Shown here: piece after piece, positions 26,542 through 37,740 of the stretch
Layout: every line of letters starts with the position of its first letter
Position numbering within the stretch: position 1 is the stretch's first letter
Source: Lama glama
Taxonomy: Eukaryota
DNA length: 64,000 nucleotides
Assembly: GCA_028534125.1 (NCBI GenBank)
Contig: CM052816.1
Span: forward strand, 40,798,001-40,862,000
Direction: 5' to 3'
Notes under the pieces: generated by a model
The model's input: only the letters and a program-made list of their open reading frames with translations
The model's database searches: none
What the model was told of the DNA's origin: nothing
Program-made: the position numbers and the translations under genes

Positions 26542-26903
26542 AGAGGAGACAGCTACAGTGAGAACTGCTGAAGACTCTGCCTGCATCAGGGGATGAAAAC
26601 CCATACACTTAACGTGAGTGATTCATGGCTGTTCTAAATGGTGAAGTGCGTGAAAAGAAAGAATTACAGTAAGAAAAATGATTATGATTAGACTATTATT
26701 TAGGCCCATTTCTTAACCCATGGGGATTGCTAGAAAAAGTTAAAGTGATATTATGTGAAAGTTTACAATCACTTCAGCAGAGATGGAAAATTAAACTCCA
26801 TTAGCCTTATTTCAAATAAGGCTTTATATCATATAAAGGAGTGAGTGAACATATTTTAAAAAAATATTTTAAAATATTTTTTTTTGTTTTTTTCTTTTTA
26901 AAG

Positions 26904-27061
26904 AAGCAGAAGATCATTGAACAAATACTTGGCAATGTGATTTGTAAACACTTTCTGGATGAACTTTAGTCTCTCTGGAAAAACATGTTTACAGACGATT
27001 TTTCTAAAAGCCTAGAGCCTATCATATACAAGACCAGGAAAATGAACCTCCTTGGAAACTG
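26904..27061 (+). pseudogene. Candidate exon D with one in-frame TAG
   Basis: Long polypyrimidine acceptor ttttttgtttttttctttttaaag|, donor CTG|gtataa. 158 nt, phase 0-2, KQKIIEQILGNVICKHFLDEL*SLWKNMFTDDFSKSLEPIIYKTRKMNLLGN. Confidence 0.35.
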
Positions 27062-27360
27062 GTATAAATGATGGATATCAACTGTTAAACCAATATTGAC
27101 CTTGAAAGTCTATACACACAGCTCATCAAATTTTATGTATGTCCTTTGATTACAGAACTAAATAATAAGTAACAATTAAATCCTTACTTGAAGAATATTA
27201 TAGTAACTGAAAAACTACTTCCATAGAACACCTCCTGAACCTCAGCCGTCATCAGATCTTAATCTGAGACGTCACATACATGATTTTGCCCTGACACTCC
27301 ATTTTCCTTGCCAGTTAGAGGTAATACAGTTTAACAGTTTATCTCCAGCTAAGTCCATAA

Positions 27361-28580
27361 TGAGGCAGGTAATGAGGTCCCAGCAGGTGAACCGTGCCAT
27401 CCTGGCTCTCGTATGTTGAATCAGCCCCTCACATCAACACTAGTGTTGGAAATTCACAGAACCCTGTAGGCCCTCTCCAAATATAAAGGCCCTTCCACGT
27501 CCCCTGCCTCTTGTTTGTAGAAAAGCTGAAGTCTCCCAGGCCTCCCTGAGTCACAAAAGAGCAGATTCAAGCAGTTAATGACAAGGACAGGAGAGTCACA
27601 GACTCAGTGTCTGCTGCATACCCCTGAGTGGTTTTACAGATACTCTAACTGGCACTAGAGAGAAAAAGCTAACTGCATGATGACCAGACTGCAGCCATGA
27701 CATGCGCTGCTCCATCTTGAGCAGTACTTCATCTCCACTTAGTGCAATTACAAAAACTGGCCTTAAGAGAATGGGGTAAACATTATTGCTTATTATAATC
27801 TGTATCTTTCTGGGTATCAAAATAATTGTAGCTTGTTCTGCCTGTACATGTAAACAAGCAACTAAAACTGTCAGCGAAGAGATGCTTCAAACCCATGCTG
27901 ATATCTTTCACTGTAAGATCTCGATGCCCTTTCTTAGTATGAAGTTACAGAAGACTGACCTCTGTCCCTATTCCCAAAGAAATGAAATGATATCTGATTG
28001 GGGGCGGGGGATTTGTTAAGCAGCTCTTTGTAGAAAACTGCCCTTGGTGGGAAACCCCTTTTCTTGTCAGTTTAGCAAAGCTATATTGTAACCAACTTTT
28101 AAACCAGGCACCCCCATGCTCTACTCCTCTCTGGCCCCAGCACACCCTTCAGATCTTCTGACCACACAATACCTTGCCTAACCTCTTTCCATAGAGCAAA
28201 GAAGTAAAAATGAAGAATAAGTAATTTACAGACGACCAGATCTCTTCCCTAGCTTCCCTGTCAGTCATCTCGTGAACAAACTATGTAAACAAGGTAGCAT
28301 CTAAAGATCACAAGATTTCATCAAGCCTGCAGGCAGTGGGAGACAGTGACTAGTCTGATCCTGTATCTCACTGAATAACTGCGGCTACTTCCTTTTTCCC
28401 TTTAAAAAGTTTCAAGGCCAAATCCAAGTAGAATCTTCAGAGTCAGTTTTGGGGGACACTGAGTCCACCATCTCCACAGATTGCTGGCATTCTGATTAAA
28501 AGCAGCTTTCCTTTCTACCAACAATTGCCTCTCAGTATTGATTTTCAAGCTAAGAGCGGTCAGACCTGAGTTCTGTAACA
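27361..28580 (+). mobile_element. ERV1-type LTR block (long solo LTR or nested LTRs)
   Basis: tgaggcag start, second LTR-like start tgttggaaattc at 27444, TATA-like tttaaaaag about 28400, polyA signal attaaa 28495-28500, end gagttctgtaaca at 28580. Confidence 0.75.
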
Positions 28581-28827
28581 TATTTTGCTACTCCCAGGGT
28601 TTCTCTCTGCTGGATATTTCAGCAGCTAATAATGTAAGGGGATCATCACAGCAAAAGCTCTTCCTACTTTATATCTCCCTGTTCCCCGAACTGACTGTGG
28701 CTTATATGAGTACTAAGTCTGAAACATATTTTGCAACATCTCGTGGGTTATAGATATATAGAAGCTCAGATGTGGAAACATTTCCAAATACATCCTCATT
28801 TAAAGTTTTTATGTTTTGTTTTTTCAG

Positions 28828-28903
28828 ATATAAGAGGGCTATTTACAGACTTACTGGATAGACTATAAACCATATGTGAAAAAATATATCCTAACTATAC
28901 ATA
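28828..28903 (+). pseudogene. Candidate exon E with one in-frame TAA
   Basis: Acceptor tttttatgttttgttttttcag|, donor ATA|gtaaat. 76 nt; phase-1 frame IRGLFTDLLDRL*TICEKIYPNYT, phase-0 frame I*EGYLQTYWIDYKPYVKKYILTIH. Confidence 0.3.
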
Positions 28904-29282
28904 GTAAATGATGGTGGCATTGTCTTGTCAGTTATTATTTTATTTCTTTATTATTCCATACTGGCTTAGCAGTATTTAGAGATTTAATATTTAGAAAACT
29001 TAGCATATTACTTAATGATATTTTAATAAAGTGAATATTATAAATTTGTGATGAATAATAATTACTTATCTTAGACTTTAAAGTTTATAAATCACTTTTC
29101 ATTAACATTTTTATATTTAATAGAATTGGGAAGATTATTTTAGAAAATTGGTTAAAATAATTGCATTTCTTTTAATGATAAAAGGTTTTTAAAAAACTGA
29201 TAAAAATAATATATGTCCTAACTAAACTTTCCTTCATTAATTATTAAGTTATGAGTTGACTATAGATTTTGTTATTTTTGGT

Positions 29283-29375
29283 TTTCATTTATTCTGCTCT
29301 AACCACTCCCAAAACATACAGGTATGTTTAAATAACAGGTATGTTTTGGGAGTGGTTAGAGCAGAATAAATGAAA
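29283..29375. repeat. Perfect 37-bp inverted repeat with 19-nt spacer
   Basis: tttcatttattctgctctaaccactcccaaaacatac (29283-29319) is the exact reverse complement of 29339-29375. Confidence 0.98.
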
Positions 29376-31119
29376 TCTTATTTAATAATTTCTTTAACAA
29401 TTTCTTTAATTTAATCATTTCTTTAATAATTGCTTTACTTATTCAATTGCTTTCTGTTCTAGGTTTTCTATTACATTAAGTACTTTATGTAATTAATTAA
29501 TTAGTTTGAAAACCTATGTTATCAAAGCATAAAGTTCAGAAAATTCAACCAAATAATTTAAAAAAATAGAACTATGTCATTAGATCTATAGTTGATTACA
29601 GGGTGAGAAATTGCGCCAAAGAAGCTGACCTGGACATTAGACAAAAACTTTGAATGGTATAAACTGCAAAAATAAATTTTATTCTACATTCAATGTCATA
29701 TTTGGAATTACACAGCAGGACTTATTTTCATTTGATACATCACATTGCAGAGAAAAGTTTTTCACACCTATTTCCATTGCTGCTTTCATTCTTTTTCCAT
29801 ATGTTTTAGAGTCATCAGTGTGCATACTCTCAAAGAATCTGTTTCTAATCTTACCTAAAATTCTAATGTTGCTTGCAACAACGTGGAAAAATTAGTGTTA
29901 TCAGAACAACTCTGTGTTCACTCTTTAAGTCGTGTTTTAAAGTCCATCCAAGAGCTAGTTGTTACATATTGTAATGGACAGGTTTTGCTTCAGAGGCTGA
30001 TTAATTTTATCGATTAACACTACAGCTGATTTACTAGCTTTTGCCTGCCCAGAGAATGCGTGATTCCTTGAGAAATAAGGTGAAGCTTGTTGAAAAACAC
30101 TTGCCAAGCTGTGTCCATTAGAGCAGAACCGAGGGGAAGCTGCTTCTCTTCCAGTGAATTAGACTGAATGAGCAGTCGCATGAACAAATGAAATTTTCTG
30201 CTCTGGAAATACTAAAGATAAGCAAAAGCTTAAACACTATGTAATTATAAAAAGAAAGCTGTGGTTGTGATGCTTATAGCATCGAAAAAAATTCAGTGTT
30301 AAGTGTAGGCTGGGGAAAGAAAATAATCATGTAGATAAATTGCAGTTATTTTATATTTTTTAGGTTGACAAATTTGCAGTTTTTTCAAATAGTCTTTATG
30401 TTCGCACTTATTTTTCAGGATATACATTTAGACAGAATTATGTACAAAGATAATGGCATCCAAAAAAAAATCTGTTTTGTTCTAATGCACAGCTCAGATT
30501 TTCAACTATGTGACTACTATTTTAAAAATTGTATCTCTTTTTAAAATAATTTCAGAAATGGATATAAATTGAATAAGAATCCTAGGACACAACTCCTGGT
30601 ACCCTTGTAGTGGCACAGTGGGTTGTCTTTATAAGTATTTGTAAGTAAAGTTCTGTCAGTATCCTTACCCAACAGTGTTACTGAATAGTAGATTAAAAAG
30701 TACACTACTATAAATTTTTCTCTATTCTGTTAAGTATTGATTGTCCTTCTCATTGCATTTAGGACAATTATAATCCCTTTAAAACTTTAACAAAACAAAA
30801 ACAACACAGCCACAATTAAATATCCAAGTACAAGTGAAAAAATAAAACTTTTCAGTGAGCCTGAACATGTACAAGAAAATGACTAACTCAATTCATAATG
30901 AAAGAGAATCAGTGAAGACACTGATCCAAAATGATCTGAAAAAGAATTAGAATTATTAAAGAATGTAGGGGATAAAAGGCAGTTATCAAGATCTCCCTCA
31001 CCAATCTTCAAATATAATTACAAAAAGGTAGGGAAAACCCACAAAAACAAGCTAATATATATATTCACCCTATCAAGAAGAAAATTTTAAGTACAATTTA
31101 ATGCTATGAATCTTATAAA

Positions 31120-32700
31120 CAAGGCAGCAAGCAAGCTTCCACTTCTAGCTATAATACAACTGCCTTGTAGGACCAACCTATAAAAGGGAACATCTTGATA
31201 AAATTTAAATGGAATTTGGCATTGATATCACAGTGATAAGGAGGAAGCAAAATGAGATGAACCTCAAATTTTTTGCTACTTTTCCCAGGAGATAGTTGTC
31301 ATCATAAATGGTACAGGTAAAGATGCTCAAGACTTGAGTAGAAAGATGTAACTAAGAGGAGAGGAAAGTAAGAGAATTTTATGCAGTCAGAGCTGAGAAG
31401 ATGAATATAAGCATCTAGGACCATTTAGGAAGAAAGTGACACACAGTAACTGACTATACTTCAAAGAAAATCTCAGAGAAAAGAAAAAATGTAAATAAAC
31501 ATTTTGCACAACATTTTTCTTTTCCATGTATTTTTCTTACTAAAATGCAGGAGTGAAAAAGACTGATAATTAAGAAAAAAATGGCTAAGAGTCTTAGCAA
31601 CTAACCTTGGTTTTTGGCAAATTATTGTAGAGATGATCGTACACAAAACAAAGAGGATCCTTACACAAAACAGTAGGGTTTTTGTACAGACCGTAAAGGG
31701 AACCACACTAAAAGAAGAGCAATTTGGAAATCCACCAGTCAAAATAAAGTTTAAAAACCTTAGAATTACCTCAATCCAAGACTGATTCAGATCATCTACC
31801 GTTTCTCTAGTCATGTCTAAGAACCAAAATACACACTTTTACCAGAAAAATGACATTTTCAGAGCCTCATATACAATGTCTGCATTCAAGGCAACATTAG
31901 AGTCATATCAAAAAACAAAACCAAGAGAAAACACCAAGAAACAGAGACTCTGGGGTGATCAAGATATCAGTATTATCAAAATTGCTTTAACTGTTAATAG
32001 CCAAGTTCAAAAACATAATTGAGAAGAAGCACATCTTCTGAAATAAATTGAAATTTATACAAAGAAAAAGTGGCATTTTTAAAACTGAAAAGTATAGTAG
32101 CTGAAATTATGAATTCAGTGGGTGGAAACAAATTAGACACAAATGAAGAGACAATATTTGAACAGAATGATAGATCAGTAGAAAAATGCAGACTGAAGCA
32201 GAGAGACAAAAATAATCTGAAAATATATAAAACAGAGTAAGAGGTGTAGTAGTCAGATAAAAATATCTAATATTTGATCCAGAAAGAAAGAAGATAGAGA
32301 ATGGGGCAAGGTCTCTGTAAGAAGAGCCAGTGGATAAAAAAGTTTATAAAACTGAAAAAAAAAAAGTACAAGATATCTATTTATCAGATTTTAGAAGTTT
32401 TATAAAACCCGACAGGATAGATCTGAGAAAACTATACTTAGCATCAAAATGAAACTCTTAAGAAAAAGTCAAAAATTTTTTAAATATCAAAAAAAAAACC
32501 CACTACAATTCACACTGAAAGGAGCAACAAAATATCTGAATTGTATTCACAGAAGAACTAATGGGTTGGCATCATGTAAGCACTGAAATAACCGCCAACA
32601 TAGGATTTTATTTCTAGTGGGAAACAGCCCTCAGGATATTGACAAACAAAGACATTTTTAGACAAACAGAAACTGGGGAAGCCCTCTACCTGGAACCAAC
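31120..32700 (+). mobile_element. Ancient L1 5' region and ORF1 remnant
   Basis: gcttccacttctagc start, A-rich ORF1-like tract (aaaactgaaaagtatagtagctgaaattatgaattcagtgggtgg; aaagacatttttagacaaacagaaactg). Confidence 0.65.
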
Positions 32701-32719
32701 ACTAGGAAAAAGTGGCTGG

Positions 32720-33074
32720 GTATTTCTGCCATGCATCTTGCATGAGGTTATATTCAGGTATCAGCCAAGGCTGCAGTTACCTGTAGGCAGAATGATTTGA
32801 TTCTGAAATGACTCACTCCCATGGGCATGGAAGATAGTATTAACCACTGATGGGAGCCCTCAGTCATTCCTGATACAGGGCTCAACACTAGACAACTTGA
32901 GTGTTCTTCTAGGATGGCAGCTGGATTCTCCCAGAGTGAACAGAGCAGGAATTCAAGGTAGACACTGGCATGCCTTTTATGGCTTGCCCTGTTTCAGTGT
33001 GGAAGGGGACTACGTAAGTTCTTAATAACTGAAGGTTAAACCCTCAGAGCTCATCTTTCAGGCTGACTTCCAGA
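32720..33074 (-). mobile_element. MLT1F-like MaLR LTR fragment
   Basis: catgaggtta...ggctgcagttacctg...atgactcactcccatgg...cagtgtggaaggggactac...ggctgacttccaga. Confidence 0.75.
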
Positions 33075-33384
33075 GGTATTTGAAAAACAAAAATAAAACA
33101 ACAGCTAGTACTGTAACTCATTATTAGTATTGCACCTCATATTTTGAGAAATGCCAATTAAACTACACGGGGATTCAATTTCTCACCTTCCACCTCCCAG
33201 ACTGGTAAAATATTAAAATGTGTGACAACATACTCTGTGTGTCACTGTATAGATGAACAAGTGCTCATTCACATTTCAAACTAGAGAGGACTGTGGCAAA
33301 ATATAACAAAAGTACATTAGCATTTATCTTTTGACCAGGCAGGCTCACTTCTATGAATTTAGGCTGAAGAAACATCAACAACTT

Positions 33385-34228
33385 GAAAAATCTAAACAAA
33401 CAACCTCACCTTACACCTAAAGCAACTACAGAAAAAAGAATTAACAAAACCCCAAATTAGTAGAAGGAAAGACATCAGAAAGATTAGAGCAGAAAAAAGT
33501 AGGGAATAAAAAATAATAGAAGGATCAATGAAACTAAAAGCTGGTTCTTTGAGAAGATAAACAAAATTGATAAACCTTTAGTCAGACTCATCAAGAAAAA
33601 AAGGGAAAGGGCCAAATTAATAAAATCAGAAACGAAAAAGGAGAAGTTACGCGCAACACCACAGAAATACAAAGGATCGTAAGAGGCTGCTATGAGCAGC
33701 TATACGCTAACAAGCTAATGGACAACCGACAAGGAATGGACAACTTCTTTGAAAGGTGTAATTTCCCAAGACTGATTCAGGAAGAAATAGAAAATATGAA
33801 CAGACTATTTATCAGCACTGAAGTTGAATCAGTAATTTAAAAACTCCCAACAAACAAAAGTTCAGGACCAGATGGCTTCACAGGCAAATTGTACCAAACA
33901 TTTAGAGAAGAGTTAACACCTGTCCTTCTAAAACTATTCCAAAAAAATTGCGGAGGAACAAATACTTTCAAATTCCTTCTGTGAGACCACATTCATCCTG
34001 TTACCAAAGCCAGACAAAGATCATACACCACGATCAAGCAGATTTAGCCCAGTGATGGAAAGATTTTCCAGTATCTGCAAATCATCAATGTGATACACCA
34101 CGTTAACAAACTGAAGAATAAAAACCAAAGCGTTTGATAAAGTTCAACATACATTTATGACTTAAAAAAAACTCTCCAGACAGTGGGCATAGAGGGAATA
34201 TACCCCGACATAATAAAGGCCATATATG
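33385..34228 (+). mobile_element. LINE-1 ORF2 fragment (linker to reverse transcriptase) with internal deletions
   Basis: aacaacctcaccttacacctaaagcaacta, gctggttctttgagaagataaacaaaattgataaacc ([13 protein letters not shown]), ggaccagatggcttcacaggcaaatt (GPDGFTG). Confidence 0.95.
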
Positions 34229-34465
34229 TGAGGGGTTTATTATTATCAGAACAAAATTTCATTGAAGTTTTGGTAAAATTTAACGTAAAATTTTGCACCT
34301 GGTGCTTTCTTAGTGCACAGACTTTTGAGTACTAAATAGATTTCTTGGTAAGATAGTTAAAATTATATTTACATTTGTTTATAATTTTGTATTAATTTTA
34401 GTAATTTTATTTGTAAAATGTTCAATTTTGTTTACATTTTCAAATAGAGCTGCTATACCTACCTC

Positions 34466-35035
34466 TATTTTTTTTTCCAGTTTTGAGATATAATTGGCCC
34501 TTCACACATAGCTCTAAGTTTAAGGTGGACACGATAAAAATTTGACTTATATACATCATGAAATAATTACCACAATAAATTTACTGATCATCTATCATCC
34601 CATATAGATACAAAACAAAAGACAAAGTATTTTTCCTTGTGATGAGAATGCTTATGTTTTACTCTCTCAACTTTCATATTTAACATACAGCAGTTTTAAT
34701 TATATTTATCATATTGTATTTTACATTTCTAGCACTTTTTATTTTCATAATGAAAAGTTTGTACCTTTTGCTACCTTTATCCAATTCCCCTTCTCCTCTG
34801 CCTCCCTCTGATAACCATGAGTCTAATCTCTTTTTCTATGAATTTATTTGTTTGTTTTTGAACCATAATCAACCTACAACACTGTGTTAGTTCTTGGTGT
34901 ACAAAATAGTGATTGGATAGTTCTGTACAGTTCAAAGTGATCACCATAAGAAGGCTAGTTCTCATCTGTTGCCATACAAAGATATTACATAATTACTGAC
35001 TCTATCCCCCACACTGTACATTTATATCTATGACT
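34466..35035 (-). mobile_element. L1MA9-like LINE-1 3' end
   Basis: T tail, ttgagatataattg...aagtttaaggtg, tttttccttgtgatgagaa, aaagtttgtaccttttg; same family type as 1605-1845. Confidence 0.8.
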
Positions 35036-36729
35036 CTACTCTTATTTGAATATTATTGTCCTGACATATCAACAAGTCATTGTGCCTCTCCTTTGCCACA
35101 CACACAAAAGTGTCAGCATGACCTTGAAGAAGTTATCACCTATTTGGAAAATATAATTATGTCTTAACAAAAAGACACCAGAAAGAGACGCTTACAAAAG
35201 CTATTTTAGCCAATTTCTAGATGGGATATTGTGGCAATACATCGTAGAAAATAAATACAATGTAGATACAGTGAATAAGAAAGCATTTCCCCCCACTGCT
35301 CTTACTCATTAACTTTAGAGATTGCATGTTTCAATTTTAAGTCTCTAAGGCTTTTCTTCCTAAATCTAATGTATCATAAAAATATTTATTTCTTTTCTGG
35401 ACTTCCAAGTTTAAAAGATGCTATGTTTTATTTTCCACTAAATGTGTTTTTCTCAAGATATCTTTGGTCTTCACTAATAGTTAAAGAATGTCGGGCTGTG
35501 TTTCCACTATATATTTTACAACACTATTAATAGAAAATAAACAAGCCTCACGTATTTTTTAAACTTGTAAACATTTTCTAAAAGGCACATAGCTTGTTAT
35601 TCGGTTAATCAAACAATGAGAAGTTTCTTTTCTGCAAATATTTCATTCTGATTTTTCAGTCTTTACATTTTTTGATAAGGAGAATGAGAAGGATAAAGAG
35701 AATATATATATGCTACAATGTATGAGAAAGACATTGTAACCATGTTACAAAAGGGATTTTCCTAAAAATTTCAACAAATCGTATCAAATATATTTTATGA
35801 GCATCTGGAATGTACCAGGTCTCAGATTAGATGCTTTGAGGAATGGACCATATGTTTCTAACCTGAAGATATTTAGAAGAGCTGACCCACAGTTCAATAA
35901 AAATTATTTAAAAAGAAAATAATGTATTTTTAAAAAACTACATTTGCGATAGTTGATATTTTTTGATTGCAATACCTCAAAAATTGCTCAGCAAAACATT
36001 TTAGAAGCAAAATATAATTGCTACGTATTAAAAATTTTAATTTGCTAGAGACATAATTTGAGAGCCTTCCAAGAGTTATTATTTTTATCTGTCTCATTGC
36101 TCTAGTCTAGTAAATGGTAAGTTGTTATATATCACATTTCAATTTTTGTCACAACTAACTAGTACAAAGATATGGAGCATTTATCTTAAAAATAGAGAAA
36201 GGGCCAATTTTTGAATGAAAATTAGACAATATTACTTTTTCTTTTAAACTGAAAGTATATTTAAACATCTCATTAATTGCAGAGTGTTTTTGACTGCAAA
36301 GATTTCTCACCGTAATCACTGAAGTTATGTAATAAAGACTGGAAATAAATTTAATAACACTAAACTTGTGTTATAAAATTTGTATTTACTATTTACAGAA
36401 CCAAAATGAAATGAGATATATTTCTACACCGTAATGTCTAGTGTAACAGAAAAACAGGAGTTTAATTATTCTGGGGAAAATAGCTTTCTAAATATGCAAT
36501 ACAAGTAATAGCTTCTAACCTCTTAAGTTTAATTAAAATTACTTTCTGTTTAGGAAAGCAAAAAGATACAGTCTTCTTTCTATTGACCTTCCCAATCAAA
36601 TGTCCCTCAGGTACCGATGATGGAGATTAATGTGTCTCCTCCTCTCACTGGACTGAGGTGCCCACCTTCATATTCTAAAGTGTGATTATCTCTCCGAGGT
36701 TCAAGGAGTCTCCTTGATAAAAGAAAGCA

Positions 36730-37740
36730 GTTACTGACCGAGGTTCTACTATGTTCCAGATGTGCTCCAAGAATGCGTACCTCATCTCTGTTTTCCAACA
36801 ATCCCTTGAGATAGGTATTATTTGAATTAATTGATATCTATGTGTAACTACTATGTTCCAGACACTTTTAAATTCTGGCAGTGTAACTGTGAATTCACTA
36901 GCTAGAAAAGTGTAAGGAATACTAGTGTATAGAACAGTTCAAGAAGGAGAAACTGGCCAATGGACTTAGCAATGCAAAGGTTATTGCTGACTTTGAGAAA
37001 ATAATTTTGATAGAGTAGCTCAGTAAACAAGAGATGATAATGTGAAGAGAGCAACTATGGAAAACTCTTTCAAGTAGAAAAGGAATAGGGTAGTAGCTGG
37101 AAGGAGAAAATGGTCCAGGAGACTTTATTAAGGTAGAAGAAATACAGCCTGAGTGTTTATTGATGGGACAGTTCCAGTGGTTAGGGGAGAAGGAAGTACC
37201 TGATTATACAAAAAAAGAAGGGAAAAATCTGAAGTAGAAGACAGGAGATGGGTGCACAAATGAAGCACTTGGCCTCTTTGTAAAGAGCAGAGAACTCATA
37301 CACATTTGGGGGAGAGAAGGCAGAGTTCCAAAGCACAGAGTCTCTGGAGAGTGTCTGTGATGATGGGAACTTGCTGATGTTTCTCCTCATTGTTTTTCCT
37401 TTCTTAGGAAAGGGCAGAAGACCAATAGTTGAGAATATAGATGAGGGGAGAGGTGTTGGATGTTTGACAAGAGAAATATGAAAATGAGACAGTTATCTAG
37501 AAGAGCAGAAAACTGAATGAGCCAGAGAAGTACATTGTGGCTGGTAGACAGGATTGAGGAACCAGGAGAGATTAATGATCTTCTCAATAAGGTGAATCCA
37601 TCATAATTATGCTCATTTTGTAGATGAGGAAATTGAGGAAGAGAAAAAAATGAACATGTCAATTGTCACACATCTAGTACATGCCAGCATTAAAAGATGC
37701 ATCAAGTCTGAACATAAAGATGGTTAAATCATCATATTAT
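36730..37740 (-). mobile_element. MIR split by an L2 fragment (L2 about 36830-37580)
   Basis: MIR part ...caacaatcccttgagataggtattatt resumes as cattttgtagatgaggaaattgagg at about 37610; intervening purine-rich L2 (tggacttagcaatgcaaaggttattgctgactttg). Confidence 0.65.

Noticed and set aside
36611..36660. Exon-like segment after tgtccctcag
   Set aside because: Weak donor, short frame, adjacent to MIR/L2 remnants.
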